From Antedon mediterranea (taxonomy: Eukaryota > Animalia > Echinodermata), in NCBI RefSeq assembly GCF_964355755.1, contig NC_092676.1:23206871-23270870 (forward strand): a DNA stretch of 64,000 nt. Reading direction: 5' to 3'. The notes below the pieces were generated by a model. The model saw only the letters and a list, made by a program, of their open reading frames with translations, made no database searches and was not told the DNA's origin. Of this stretch, positions 26,701 through 38,291 are shown one piece after another. The translations under genes were made by a program, and so were the position numbers. The number at the start of each line of letters is the position of its first letter. The stretch's first letter is position 1.

Positions 26701-28227
26701 TTAAAGCCTATCTGTACCATACTGATTGTATCCTTAGGCAAGATTTTTTATTCTCATTGGATGGGATGTAAAGCCGTTGGTCCTGTGTATATGTTGCATG
26801 TTAAAGTAATGGTACACTATTCTAAAAAGAGTTGGAGATAGTCTCTTGGTGTGGTTACAAGCTTTTTTGCAGGTGTGAAAAGGGTATTAGAGTGAGAATT
26901 TTCACTCCCAACACAAGTGTCTTTAAAGGAAGGTACAGTAACTCCAAATAAAGAGAGATAAAGAGAGAATTTGGCATTTTGATCTATTTAATCATTTTCA
27001 AGAATCTGAATATAGAACATAGTATAATACAATTATATATAACTTTTTCTTTTTTTAGGCTAAAAATATTTATTTATTAGAAAATGAAAACACAGATGCA
27101 ATTACAGGATTAAGACAAAAGACACACTATGGTCGTCCCAAATGGACGAGTATTTTTCCGGAGATTGCCAATGAAAACCAAGGGTAAGTTTTTTTACTTT
27201 TTATAAAAAATAGGCACCATCTTCGCTGCTTCTGGATATTGCCATTTTTAAAATGTTTTATTTTTTATGTTGTTTTTTAATCTGTTATATACTATAGAAG
27301 TTCAAACACACATTTATCTTTATATTACTTACCATTTAAAGATATATTGTTTCCCTAAAAAAAAATTTTTTTTTAATATTCCATTTTAATTCCAAACCTG
27401 GGCAGATGAAGCTCGTTAGCCGTGATTACGGCAATTCTTCTAGGAGAAGGACACTCTGACATAACACCTACGACCCAAGGACCTCGCTGTCACCGTCTCA
27501 GTTTTTCTAGGCTATGGCAGATGAACCCTGGGTTTAAAGGAGTGCACTGCGCACACTGTACTCCACTTTAAAACCCCATTGCGCAGGCGTGAAGGACAAG
27601 TCACCGTCCTATATTTTATATATATTTAAAAGAAAAAAGAGAAAAAACCAAAATGCTGAACCACAACCACAAGAGTTGCACCCGACATTCCTCTGCAGCC
27701 ATTGTGGACGGACATGCCTTTCTCGCATCGGACTTGTAAGCCACAAACGAGCCTGTGACAGACATGGACAAACCCCTTCATAAAATCTTCGTTCGCGAAG
27801 CAAAGCCAAGAAGAAGAAATAGTTATTAACTTTAAAAAAATTGGATTAATAAAAAATTATTTACCTGAAAAAATAGAAAAGAGTCAAATTGTTGCTTTTT
27901 GGTTAAATGTAACAGTTTATTTTGTCTTTTTATAAGCAAAACCATTGTTTTTATATTTGTTATGATAACTTTGTTAAAACTACAAAATAATCTAAAGTCA
28001 GATTTTTTTGGGAAAAATACATCTTTAAACATTTAAATGTATCCTTATAATCAGCGAATTAATATTTTTAGTATTATTATTTTATTTATTTTCATAGGAT
28101 TGACACAGGTGTATTTTACTGTGGTCCAAGTGGCTTGTCGGAAATTCTACATCGTAACTGTGAACTACACTCCACCATTTCTCGTGAGGCTGGTTGTCGA
28201 TTTTTTTACAATAAAGAAAACTTTTAA
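17747..28227 (+). CDS. CYBB: NADPH oxidase, NOX1/2/3 type (cytochrome b-245 heavy chain / gp91phox-like), ~596 aa, 14 exons
   Basis: Exons 17747-17845, 18272-18367, 19337-19456, 20737-20967, 21442-21557, 22686-22766, 23526-23652, 23826-23918, 24462-24596, 25008-25132, 25704-25823, 26304-26496, 27059-27183, 28098-28227 join into one open frame. Motifs: [31 protein letters not shown] and [10 protein letters not shown] (heme His), WHPFTLTS (FAD), VDGPFG and GIGVTPF (NADPH), FYCGP, terminal KENF*. No EF-hand or peroxidase domain. Confidence 0.92.
18899..19107. repeat. Minisatellite, 16/17-bp unit (CAGGCCC[T]ACTGTAATA) x~13, NOX intron 2
   Basis: Direct inspection of the tandem units. Confidence 0.9.
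20547..20697. mobile_element. MITE family B (TIR AGCTCTGTCTACACTATCAAA, TAA/TTA flanks; PIF/Harbinger-like)
   Basis: Six copies in the window: 20547-20697, 40020-40199, 41426-41527, 42651-42792, ~47654-47770, 58292-58451. All share an internal TGCCCAAATATGG...CCATATATGGGCAC palindrome. Confidence 0.8.
21302..21376 (-). pseudogene. 5S rRNA-derived fragment (pseudogene or SINE3 head)
   Basis: Reverse complement ATTACCACATTGAAACACCGGTTCTCGTCAGATTACCGAAGTTAAGCAACGTTGGGCCGGGTTAGAGCTTGGATG matches the internal part of invertebrate 5S rRNA. It is incomplete. Confidence 0.75.
22381..22630. repeat. 80-bp tandem repeat x3
   Basis: AAGTTTAATTAACCGAAATAATG recurs at 22391, 22471 and 22551. Confidence 0.9.
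23032..23415 (+). mobile_element. tRNA-derived SINE with Deu/Nin-like core and tandemly amplified head
   Basis: A-box TGGCCAAGCGGTTAAG and a degenerate B-box. Core GTCTTCTCGGATAA..CTATGAACTGTGGGTCC..GCACTTTAAAGAACC resembles the DeuSINE domain. Relatives at ~26030-26264 (-) and 40876-41105 (+). Confidence 0.7.
26030..26264 (-). mobile_element. tRNA-derived Deu-like SINE copy
   Basis: Reverse complement gives GAGTGAGTCAAATGGCTGAGCGGTTAAG...GTCTTCTTGGATAAGGGCTATAAACTGTAGGTCC...TTTAAAGAACC. Confidence 0.65.
26538..26855 (+). mobile_element. 5S rRNA-derived SINE (SINE3-type) with Deu-like core
   Basis: TACCGAGTTGAAACACAGGTTCTCGTCAGATTACCAAAGTAAGCAACGTTGAGCC...GGGAGACCATCTGGGAA...GGTGCTGTA is a 5S-like head. 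It is followed by TTGGATGGGATGTAAAGCCGTTGGTCCTGTGT..GCATGTTAAAG. Confidence 0.7.
27340..28024. mobile_element. Family-C (Kolobok-like) MITE interrupted by an RTE-derived element
   Basis: TTAA|AGATATATTGTTTCCC ... GGGAAAAATACATCT|TTAA. Confidence 0.65.
27392..27818 (+). mobile_element. Short RTE-derived non-autonomous retroelement (5'UTR-like part fused to ORF 3' end)
   Basis: 3' part encodes [25 protein letters not shown] (RTE-clade C2H2 signature SRIGLxSH) and ends (AAG)n. 5' part contains GGCAATTCTTCTAGGAGAAGGACACTCTG, resembling RTE 5'UTRs. Confidence 0.7.
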
Positions 28228-28457
28228 TTTCCATTTTTTAAACAATCAATTTAAACTGTCTTTTTCAAAAAATGTTAATGGCAACACATTGTAGTAATTC
28301 AAATTATATATTTTTACATAGTAGATAAGCATATTGTATTAAAAATAACATAATGTTATACTTAAGGATTAAGTAAAGTACAATTTTTGAAGTTAGGTCT
28401 TTAAAAACAAATTTGAAAAACCCAAATTAGGATTTCATTCAATTTTTAGATAATTAA

Positions 28458-29083
28458 AGACCCCTTCCCTGCAATTTTGGAAGTTTTTTGGAAAATAATA
28501 CATATATATCACTTTAAAAACATTAAACCATGTCATTCCTTGTCTTAAACGTCCGTTTTATGGTAAATTATGATAAAAAGTGAGAAACAATGCACTACCT
28601 AAGTAGCTCGCGGCGATCGACCTCTCGTGGACGGTCTTAGGCCTAGCCTAGCTAGGCTTAGTTTTGTAGGCCTAGCTGGTAAACATCGGTAACGTACGAA
28701 CATCGTACGCGAGCTATATACCTAGCCTGACGTTGTATAGTTGCTGCATTAATTGTCTTTCTATTTTTGCCAGACTCCGTTGATACAAATTGGGGAAAAC
28801 CCGATATTTTCGCTGAAAAGTTAGGAGTCTTCCATTTGTTTTGGCTTCACGATCGATCGAAAAGTGGGCGAATTACAGGTGAAAAACAAAAATATCAATC
28901 CGCGCGCAATGCATTTTGGGATTTATAGCGGGCCGCTAATATTATTAGAATCGGCTTATTTTTCACATTTTTAACCGTTTAAAGACGAAAAAAGTTATCG
29001 CAATAGGACCATATAGTATTATTTTTACATTAAATATAGTTTGTGATCTTAAATTAGATCTAAAAAACGTAGGGAATGGGGCT
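28458..29083. mobile_element. TTAA-flanked non-autonomous DNA transposon (Kolobok-like) in or near the NOX 3' UTR
   Basis: TTAA|AGACCCCTTCCCTGC ... GTAGGGAATGGGGCT|TTAA imperfect TIRs. Confidence 0.6.
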
Positions 29084-29995
29084 TTAAATAAGAATATTTG
29101 ATAAAATCTGACACAGTTTTATACTTGCAAGAATCGAGTACATTACATGCTGATAATGTTTTATATATAAGTTTCAAATCAAAAAGCCATCCAAATAAAG
29201 ATTCCGTTCAGTGTCTGAATACCCTGATAAACAATTCAATTTCAATACTTAATTTTATTTGAAAATCTTAAGACAGACCAAAACCAAACCAAATGCCTAT
29301 CTAGGAAGAAGACATTTTGCACTTTTATATATTTATTATTTAAGGTTTAGATACCAAGGTTTAAGTAAGTCTCTGTCTCTGATTATAGTACAACCCCTCC
29401 TTTGAGACATCCCTATTAAGGAGACACTTTATCTCAAAATGAGGGGCAATATGTTTCAACACTACATCCCTTACTCAGAGGACAATTTCAATGTTTTGGT
29501 TAGTGTACCCTATTCAGGGCACACCCCTATTAAGGGCACGATTTGTTGGGTCCCAAAGGTCTCACCTTATTACTACTGTATAATACAATATTCTTGTTAT
29601 AAACACAAAAACTTTCACTTAAATTCTGTGCTATTACATCCAAAGAAACTGTTTTGTATTTAAATGTTGATTAGATGTAAAATGTATGTTTTCTCTGTAT
29701 GTAATACTTTGTCTTTTTCATCCATTTTAATACTATTATTACAAATCAAAATAAAAGTGTGCTTGCTTGTCCAAAACATTTCCAAATATACTAACATTTC
29801 TGCACAAGTTGTAGTTTATATATAGTTTGTGATTGTAATAAATTACCATTCCTTATTGAACATTCTAAGAGTTCGTGACAGTGATGAAGTAATTTAAAGT
29901 AGCTGTTTTTATTATTAGTATGCTGCCGACTTGATTTCCCAGTAAAATCCATGGCAGAGCTCATCCCTACTAGAACCAATCATGGATTCAATTCA

Positions 29996-30245
29996 TTGTA
30001 CACCCTCTGCACTCCTTCGAACCATATACCCTACACTCCCAGCAACTATGCCCCTAGTGACACTCCTGCCAACCACACCTTTTGCACTCCTACCAACCAC
30101 ACCCTCTGCACTCCTGCCAACCACATACCCTACACTCCTGGCATAATTCCCCCTAGTGACACTCCTACCAACCACACCTGCACTCCTGTCAACAAGCACT
30201 CCTGCCGACCAAGCCCTTTACACTCCTGTCGACCAATCCCCCACC
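29996..30245. repeat. Degenerate C/A-rich minisatellite (CACTCCT.CCAACCACAC...)
   Basis: Repeated ~24-bp motif with a higher-order duplication. The ORF over it is repeat-driven. Confidence 0.75.
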
Positions 30246-31597
30246 CGTATTTAACCAAATAGTTTTGATTGGCAGTTTAAACCTATTAGATATTTTTTAT
30301 GTTGTTTTATGTTATTCTCATTATACTAAACATTCCAATATAATTCATTCCTTGTATTTATTGTACTAATAACACAAGTATGTAATCATATTAGCAAATT
30401 AAGTATTGTTGTACATTTATCAACTTCCTATGTATAGTCTTAATTAAATGCACAATATTTGACTTTTTTTAAACACATTTAGTTACTTATTATTTGAACT
30501 ATTTAATTGCAATATACAGTTTTTTTTAAATTAGGGCACAATGTTTTTCAAAATAAATTCAGAAGTAAACAACTAAACTATATTCATCTTGATTTTATGA
30601 TATTTGAACTATATTTTCTACAAAATAAAGTTTTTAATAAAATCTGATATTGTGTATTCTATTTTTGTTATGATTGTCATATGTTGCATATTTATACATA
30701 ACATTTTTTTTTCAATAATGTTCAGCAAAAAGGCGTTACGTGTGCATCTATTAACATTCAGAAATACAAATGGAGGTTCAGAAAAAAGTTAAAGCATTTT
30801 ACGTTTTTGTCTCAATTGGCGTGCCATACTAAAATGTATGCATATCTTTGTTCGTTGGTGGCGCCAAACTTTAAAAAAATGCGCAAAAGAAACGAGATAA
30901 ACACTAGTTGTAAGTTGATTTTTGCAATGATTTTACATGTTTTTAGTTGTATTTTGCATTTTTTTAAATATATATTCATAAAACAGGTTTATGTAGGTAC
31001 CAAATGGGCCACAAACAATTGGCAAACATCCAATAATTTTCCCTAAACTTACTACATCTAGCCTAGGCCTAGTTAGGCCTAGGCATAGCAAAACTACTTT
31101 TTTGTAACTAGCTATGCCGGAAAAAGGCTTCTGCTCCGCGTATGACCAGAGTGTGACATATAGGCCTAGGGCCTGTGTATATCTGTAGTTTAAACTTTTA
31201 AGTTAAAAGCAGTGTTTGTGGGTGTAACACTAGATCCAGGAAATTTACCAATTTTTTGTTTCAATTTACAATTGTTTAAATAAACATTTCAATACATTTA
31301 CATACATGTACTTTATTACTTCTGTACTGTATATTAGGCCTACTATACTAGGTCTACTAGCTTAGACTAGATAGTAAGTAGGTATATAATATTAATTATT
31401 GAAATTTTGATTTGAATGAATAAAGAAATGTAATTTATCACATTCAATCATGAAGCCTAGAACAGTCAGTGTCTACTATTCTAGGTAGGCTTACCTAGGT
31501 AGTAGGTTTATATACTACTAAAACATAATTTTGATGTTGATAATATTTGTTACCAATTTTAAACGATAGTTCTGACGTCATTGAAGGGAAGAGAAAG

Positions 31598-34500
31598 ATG
31601 TTCATTACAATTTGCTACATATACCTTACGTATTCTGACAACCGGTTGAAGAAAAGTCAATTAAGTGCGCTAGTGGAGATGTTTTGTAGCCATATACCAA
31701 GATCCAGTCTCTTGATTCAACGAGTTGTCCTCAGCCATTCGCTTGGCAGAATGCCAAGGATTCTCAAACCTGGAGCATTAAGTATATCCGGCTTTTGTGA
31801 CGATGCAATGGAGTCAATCACACTGGAAACACTGATGGAAAAGGGTGGAAAACAGGTCCTTGAAATTTCTCCAAAGGTAGTTAAAATATATTATCTCGTA
31901 TATAAAGTATCTTCATTTTTTTCTGAGAAACAAACAAGGGGCAATATGTACAGACAGTATAGTCAATGAGTGACTAAGTACTGTATTTAGGAGACACTGC
32001 TATTCAGGGGACACTTTCGTAAGAAACAAGTGTGCGGCAATATGTACACACATTATAGTCAACAACTATTTAGGGGACACCTGATTACGGGACACTTTCG
32101 TGAGAAGTGGTAATGTGTACTCACACTAAGTTATGACTTTTAGGTGCCACCATATTTAAAGGACCGACACACTCTGTTGGATACCGTTCTACTGTATTGC
32201 ATAATAATTATTATTATTAATTTAATTTATCTGCTATTGATTTTTACATTGCAACATGAACAATTACAAATTTTAATTTTTTAATATTTATTTCTTACTT
32301 TTTATTACAGCAATATGTTGACTTATCCCATGACTGGACGCTATTCATTGGTTCATCATCACCAGTAATTAAAAAGTGCAACCCGACAAACAAATTAACT
32401 AACCAATCAGAGATGTATTTATTAATAGAAGCCACTCCTCCGTACATAGATAGAAATGGACATGTACATCTTAGAAAAGTACCGGCTGATCAAGCTGTTA
32501 AATTGTCGCGGTTGACAAAGCCAATTGCCTGGAAGTCAGGAGAGCCATTTGGAATCGTTGTGAAAGCTAGCGTGGAACAGTGTGCTAAAACTGGAATGGC
32601 GTTCTTAGATGGCGTTCTGGAACTTGATGACGGGTTATTGGTTGAGCATATAGCAAGTGAGTTTTTATTTTGTTGCATTATCTATAACAAGTCAGTTTTA
32701 TTTGTGATACAGGTTTGATGTAGTTTTACAGTAAATCTAATATTATTTCTAAATGCCTTATTCTCGAAGATAATATTGTTATGGATTTAATTGTGTGTGG
32801 TAAATGTACTGAATTTACAATGAAAATAAGTTGTAATTTGAACCTGTGGTCAATTTACGCCGTCAAGTACGTCACAGCAAAATTTACACCATATATATCA
32901 TTTTCCTGACGACGGCCTGCTGAGGGAACCTAAGTTGAGATCAATAATTAAAATTATTTTCATTTCAGCTGTTGGAATTCGAGGCAGAGCACAAAGTCTT
33001 CTATCCAGAAAAGCTTCTCTACAACAACAAGCACTTTTACAGAGCCAGCTAAGCACAACAGATCACCAGCCAAACCAAATAGATCACCAGCCAAACCCAA
33101 CAGATCACCAGCCAAGCACAACAGATCAGCAGCCAAACCCAACAGGTCACCAGCCAAACACAACAGATCACCAGCCAAACACAACAGATCACCAGCCAAA
33201 CCCAACAGATCACCAGCCAAACCCAACAGATCACCAGCCAAACACAACAGATCACCAGCCAAACACAACAGATCACCAGCCAAACCCAACAAATCACCAG
33301 CCAAACCCAACAGATCACCAGCCAAACCCAACAGATCACCAGCCAAACCCAACAGATCACCAGACTAGTAGTCATAAAGTGCCAAATGTGTTGGTGTATA
33401 CAGGTACAGTATAGTTGACTCACTCAATTGTACTAACCTACATTTTACAAAAGTACAGTATATGCATTTTCCCTGCCAATAATTTGAGTTCTTATCAGAC
33501 TGTCTGGTGCAACAAACTTTAGTACTCCTATGTAATAATTACTGACAGCAACTTTGGTTATGTTAAATACTACTAACTATAAACTATGATTGTTACTGTA
33601 TGTCTTTATGATTTAAATTCAGTATCTGTATCTGTATTATGTAGAAAATCAGCATTGTTGGAAATGATTGATAAATTATTTACTTGAATATTTTCAGATA
33701 GTGATGACAAAGAACCAGATCATTATCTGATGGTTAGAGAAGTATTGCAACAATGTCTTCATCCAGATCACTATGTCATCTACCATTTAACCAAATCTCA
33801 GATTCTGAATCACCCGTGGATTGACAACACTGCCCTCTTAGTTTTATCTTCCGAACTTGAAATGAAAGAATCCGTCGAAGCAACCAACAAAATTAAGTGT
33901 TTCTTGGATTCTGGAGGCAAAGTTATGAATTTTTCTTCTAGACTCTATTTACCAGACTGTATCAGCATTAAAAAGCAGAACTGGAATGCATCTATTATTG
34001 ATGTGGAATATTATAATAAATCTTTAGAAAATACAAAGTCTTTAAAATGTCTGCACAGAGGCTATTTATTTAGCATTAACACGAGTCCAGAGCAGAATGG
34101 TACAGATTTAAGTATACTTGCAAAATGTGAAGATCAACCAGTTATTATTGAGATCAAGTCAAAAGGTCATGGAACAGCACTTCTATGCCAGGTTTAAAAT
34201 ATTTGTTATCAGGATTTGTTTTTTAAATAAGTCTAAATTAAACATGATTTAAAAAATATATCATGTATGATACCACTGAACTTTCAAGTTAAAATAACGA
34301 TTTTTGAGGCATTTGATAAACAGGCAAACTGCATTAAAATGTCTTGACATGTTTCGAGAAACTATTCTCATCATCAGAACAGAAAACAATGCCTAGAGTG
34401 CTTATATACCAATAGGACAGGTTGTATGTAAATGAAGAAGTATCATCTACATACATTATCATGCTAATTACTTACTCATTTACATACAACATGTCCTATT

Positions 34501-37500
34501 GGTATATAAGTACTCTAGGCATTGTTTTCTGTTCTAATGATGAGAATAGTTTCGCGAAACATGTCAAGACATTTTAAGGCAGTTTGTCTGTTTATCAAAT
34601 GCCTCACAATCGATTTTTAAAATGTTTTTAAATTCGTTTTTTACAGGTACATTTGGATGTAGATCCATCAAAAGACAAGACAGTTAATTCGGAAGAATTT
34701 GCTGAGCTCAAGAAATCTAACCAGACTCGATATGAAGTGCTTTCAGACTTGTTCTCTCGTCTCGGTGTTGTATGCTCACTGGGAATAACTCCTTCTATTA
34801 CTCCATGTTACATACATTCCAATTCAGGTGTAAGTATACTACTGTATGAATTTAATTATTATGCCTAATGTTGTGAAACCTCTAAGTCTGTACATATTAT
34901 TACCCTGGTCATTTTTGACAAAACATGTATGGAAACATACTCCCATAATGCAGGTAGGAATCAGCGCAATATTGTGTCTTGACCTTACCCGGTACCCATT
35001 TGTACACCTGGGTTTGAGAGAAGCAAATTCAAGTAAAGTGTCTTGCCTAAGGATGCAAGCAATGCGACAAAAACAGTCTGAAACCCAAAGTTAAGTGTTA
35101 TAGTAACCCCAATTCGCCAGCACAGATAACTATATTTAATGCATCTTTGCCTTGTCTGTTTTTAACATCTCGCTATGGCCATGTATATTGATTCACAATT
35201 TGTTTATTTAGAGAGCACAAGACAGTTTTCTAAACACAGTCAAAGGCCGTTTAAAAGAAGGATGTCTACACTCCAGGCTTTCCACTTTACAGTTTGTCGA
35301 CACTTTCCTTTTGGATAAAGAGATAGATTCAGAATGTATACCAGTAATTACAACACATCCAAAAGCCGTGAACTTCGACATGGAAGCATATCAGAATCAC
35401 CTGCACACCAAAGTGTTAGGAAACGTTGTTCTGTATTCAGAAGTTATTCCAACAACAATGACCTTGTTTGAAGGGTATGAAATTATGATTAAGAAGACAA
35501 CCCTTTTACATTGTCTATCAAAACTCAGTGACAGTATTTAACACTTTAGTGAGATATTTCCTTAAATTATTTCACATAACTCAATATATATTTTAGTATT
35601 TACCTTAAATTGTATTCACTATATAAGAGATTTTCTTAATAGTAAGGGTAAGTGTTTCTCTTAGCCTAAGTATGAATGGTGAATACGGCCACTGGTTTAC
35701 ATACACATAAATCAACACCTGCTGTTATGTATGCCATGCGCTCTGATGTTTGTAAACTCAGGAGTTTTGGTAGATGTTATGAATTACATTGGTGTATAGA
35801 AAGTTTATTTTCGTATTTTGCAAATGCTCTTCTTTGTGCATCAAATAGCAGTTCAGAGGATGCTAACTAACACATTTTTTCTCAGTTTGTTGAGATAATA
35901 CATGAGTATTGAACAAAATTCCTAATGATAATAAGTATACATCTTCTTATTGCTGTCAATTGTTCATTTGTTATTACTTTTTTTTTATAGATTTATGTTT
36001 CAAGTTGAGGAGAATGTAGGAACGGTTGCCATAGCTACAAGAATGACTCAAGGAAAAGGTTGAGTAATTACATTTTGTATTTTGGCATCCCCATCTTTAC
36101 CATTCTTTCATTGTCATCATATTTGGCATCATTGTTATTATCTTTGTTATGATTGTCATCATTGCAGTGTGTTGAACGTTGGACTACTGATCGTGGGTCC
36201 GAATCCAACGCTTATCGCATTGCTTGTATTCTTGGGCAAGACTCGCCAAGTGTACAGATGACCACTTGGTAAAGGTCAAGACACAACTTTGCGCTGATTA
36301 ATAACTGCATTATTATATGGGAGTAGTTTGTATACAGTACATGTTTGATCCAAAAATGACTGCGGTAATAATATGTACAATACAGCGCTTAGAGCTTTTA
36401 CAACATTGGGCATTTATCCAAGATATTATTATTATTATAATTGGAACTGCAAAAACTAACTTGGTTTCTTTCATTTTTAGGACGAGGTGGAAACGCTTGG
36501 ATATCTCCAATAGGTTGTGCCATGTTTTCTGTCCATGTACGCATTCCTATCCAATCTAACCTTGGACAACGTCTACCCTTTCTGCAGCACATTGCATCTG
36601 CTGCAGTGGTTGAGGCTGTAAGATCCTTAGATGGCTATGAGGTAATAATAGAACATTGATATGTGTGAATAATGCACAGTGTTAAATAGTTATTCTAAAA
36701 ATAGCTATTCTAAAAATTCATGATCAAATAGAATACAGTATAGCTAATCTAAAAATAGTCTTTCTAAAAATAGCTGTTCTAAAAATAGCCATTCTAAAAA
36801 TAGCCATTCTGAAAACAGCCGTTCTAAAAATAGCTATTCTAGAAATATCCGTTTTAAATTGAGGATAGTGATACGGAAGAAAAGAAATCGGTAATAATAC
36901 AATTTAATTTAAAATTGTCATAATAGGCATGATTATAAGAACATTATCTGTTTTATCTAAAAAAAAATATAATAAAATCTTTTTTAGAATATTGATCTGC
37001 GGCTGAAATGGCCAAATGACATTTACTATGGTGACAAGATGAAGCTGGGAGGTGTGATTGTCAATTCCTGTTGCTGGGAAAATAAATTTCATGCCATCAT
37101 AGGTTAGTAGTGACATTTTCTTTTACTTTAATGCATCCTTTTAATATCAATAATTCTTGGGATTTAAGTTGTTACTGCTATATTTTCTATCTATACTTGT
37201 AAAAAGGTAGAGAATTTCAAAATTTGTAATGAGAAAAAACAAATTTCAATACATATATCTTGGTATCTTTATTACACTGAAGCTGAATTGCTGCAAGGTA
37301 AAATTTAAATATAAAAACTTGTTATATACAGGCTATTCTTGCTCATTTCAAGACATCAATTTCTACTAGGTCTATGCTAAAAGTCCCAGTACCAATAAGC
37401 ATAAAATCATTATATTATTAAATGATCTATTTTTTTCTAGGGTGTGGTTTTAACGTTAACAACAGTGACCCAACGATATGCATCAATGACCTCGTAGCCA

Positions 37501-38205
37501 GACACAACCACGAGTGTGATACGAACCTGTTACCTTTAACAAGAGAGTTGCTGATTGCACGAACATTGACGTACATAGAAAGAATTATTGAAAACTTTCA
37601 ATTATATGGAAAAGACTCTTTTCTACCCATTTACTACAAACATTGGTTACATAGGTAATTCAAGATGTTTTATCTGAAAAGTATGATATTGTTATGAAAG
37701 TAATTTTACAAATCAACAACAACAAAATTAACCGCTCAGAAACTGAGCAATATACTTATAATAAATATAATAATATACTTATACAAAATAATATTTCTCC
37801 CTTATTGAAGTTATAGATAACTTAAGATCTATTAGGCTTTGGGACATCACCAATATATTGATCTAAAAAAAATCATCTTAAGACAAAAAAATAAAAAATA
37901 AACTAAGTAATATTTTGGTAATGAAAATGATTTGATAAGTTTATTCTAAGTATAATTATTTATTAGAAATAATCAAACCAACTTTTTGAAGTAAAAACAT
38001 ATTAATTGACTTTACTTTCCCAAATTACAGTGACATGCAAGTGCACCTGGAAAAAGAAGATGGACCAGAGGTTGAAATTGTTGGACTTGATGATATGGGA
38101 TTTTTAGCGGTCAAGAACCAGTCTGGTCAAGTAGTCAGTGTCCAACCGGATGGAAATAGCTTTGACATGATGAAGAACCTACTAGTGACAAAAGCAAGAC
38201 CATAA
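31598..38205 (+). CDS. HLCS: Holocarboxylase synthetase (biotin--protein ligase), ~910 aa, 11 coding exons
   Basis: Exons 31598-31876, 32311-32656, 32969-33403, 33698-34191, 34647-34829, 35212-35474, 35991-36058, 36481-36641, 36988-37102, 37441-37654, 38031-38205 are in frame. Motifs: MFITICYIYL (long-isoform N-terminus), PNVLVYTG, PWIDNTALLV, QGKGRGGNAWISPIGCAMFS (biotin binding), LKWPNDIY, KLGGVIV, GCGFNV, YYKHWLH, VQPDGNSFDMMKNL. Confidence 0.93.
33061..33363 (+). repeat. Coding minisatellite, 21-bp unit x~14.4, encoding DHQPN(P/T)T
   Basis: GATCACCAGCCAAAC(C/A)CAACA tandem array inside HLCS exon 3, reading frame preserved. Confidence 0.93.
34298..34612. repeat. Long inverted repeat (~140-bp arms, short spacer) with a Penelope-type hammerhead-like motif
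   Basis: TGAGGCATTTGATAAACAG...GTATGTAAATGA is mirrored by TCATTTACATAC...CTGTTTATCAAATGCCTCA. Minus strand 34341-34380 reads CTGATGA-T-GAGAATAGTTTCTC-GAAACATGTC. Confidence 0.85.
36690..36848. repeat. Short tandem repeats, ~16-bp unit (ATTCTAAAAATAGC..)
   Basis: Direct inspection; lies in an HLCS intron. Confidence 0.7.
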
Positions 38206-38291
38206 ATAGAGGTAAAATAATATTTTTTAGAGGTAAAATAAGGCTTTCAAATTCAAATTCAAGCCTAGGAATAGCTGTTTATATGTACTGT

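Noticed and set aside
29951-30262. 103-aa Pro/Thr/His-rich ORF
   Set aside because: Repeat-driven, with no recognisable homology or splice context.
32960-33423. Minus-strand ORFs with GLAGDLL / VICWVWL repeats
   Set aside because: Antisense shadows of the HLCS coding minisatellite.
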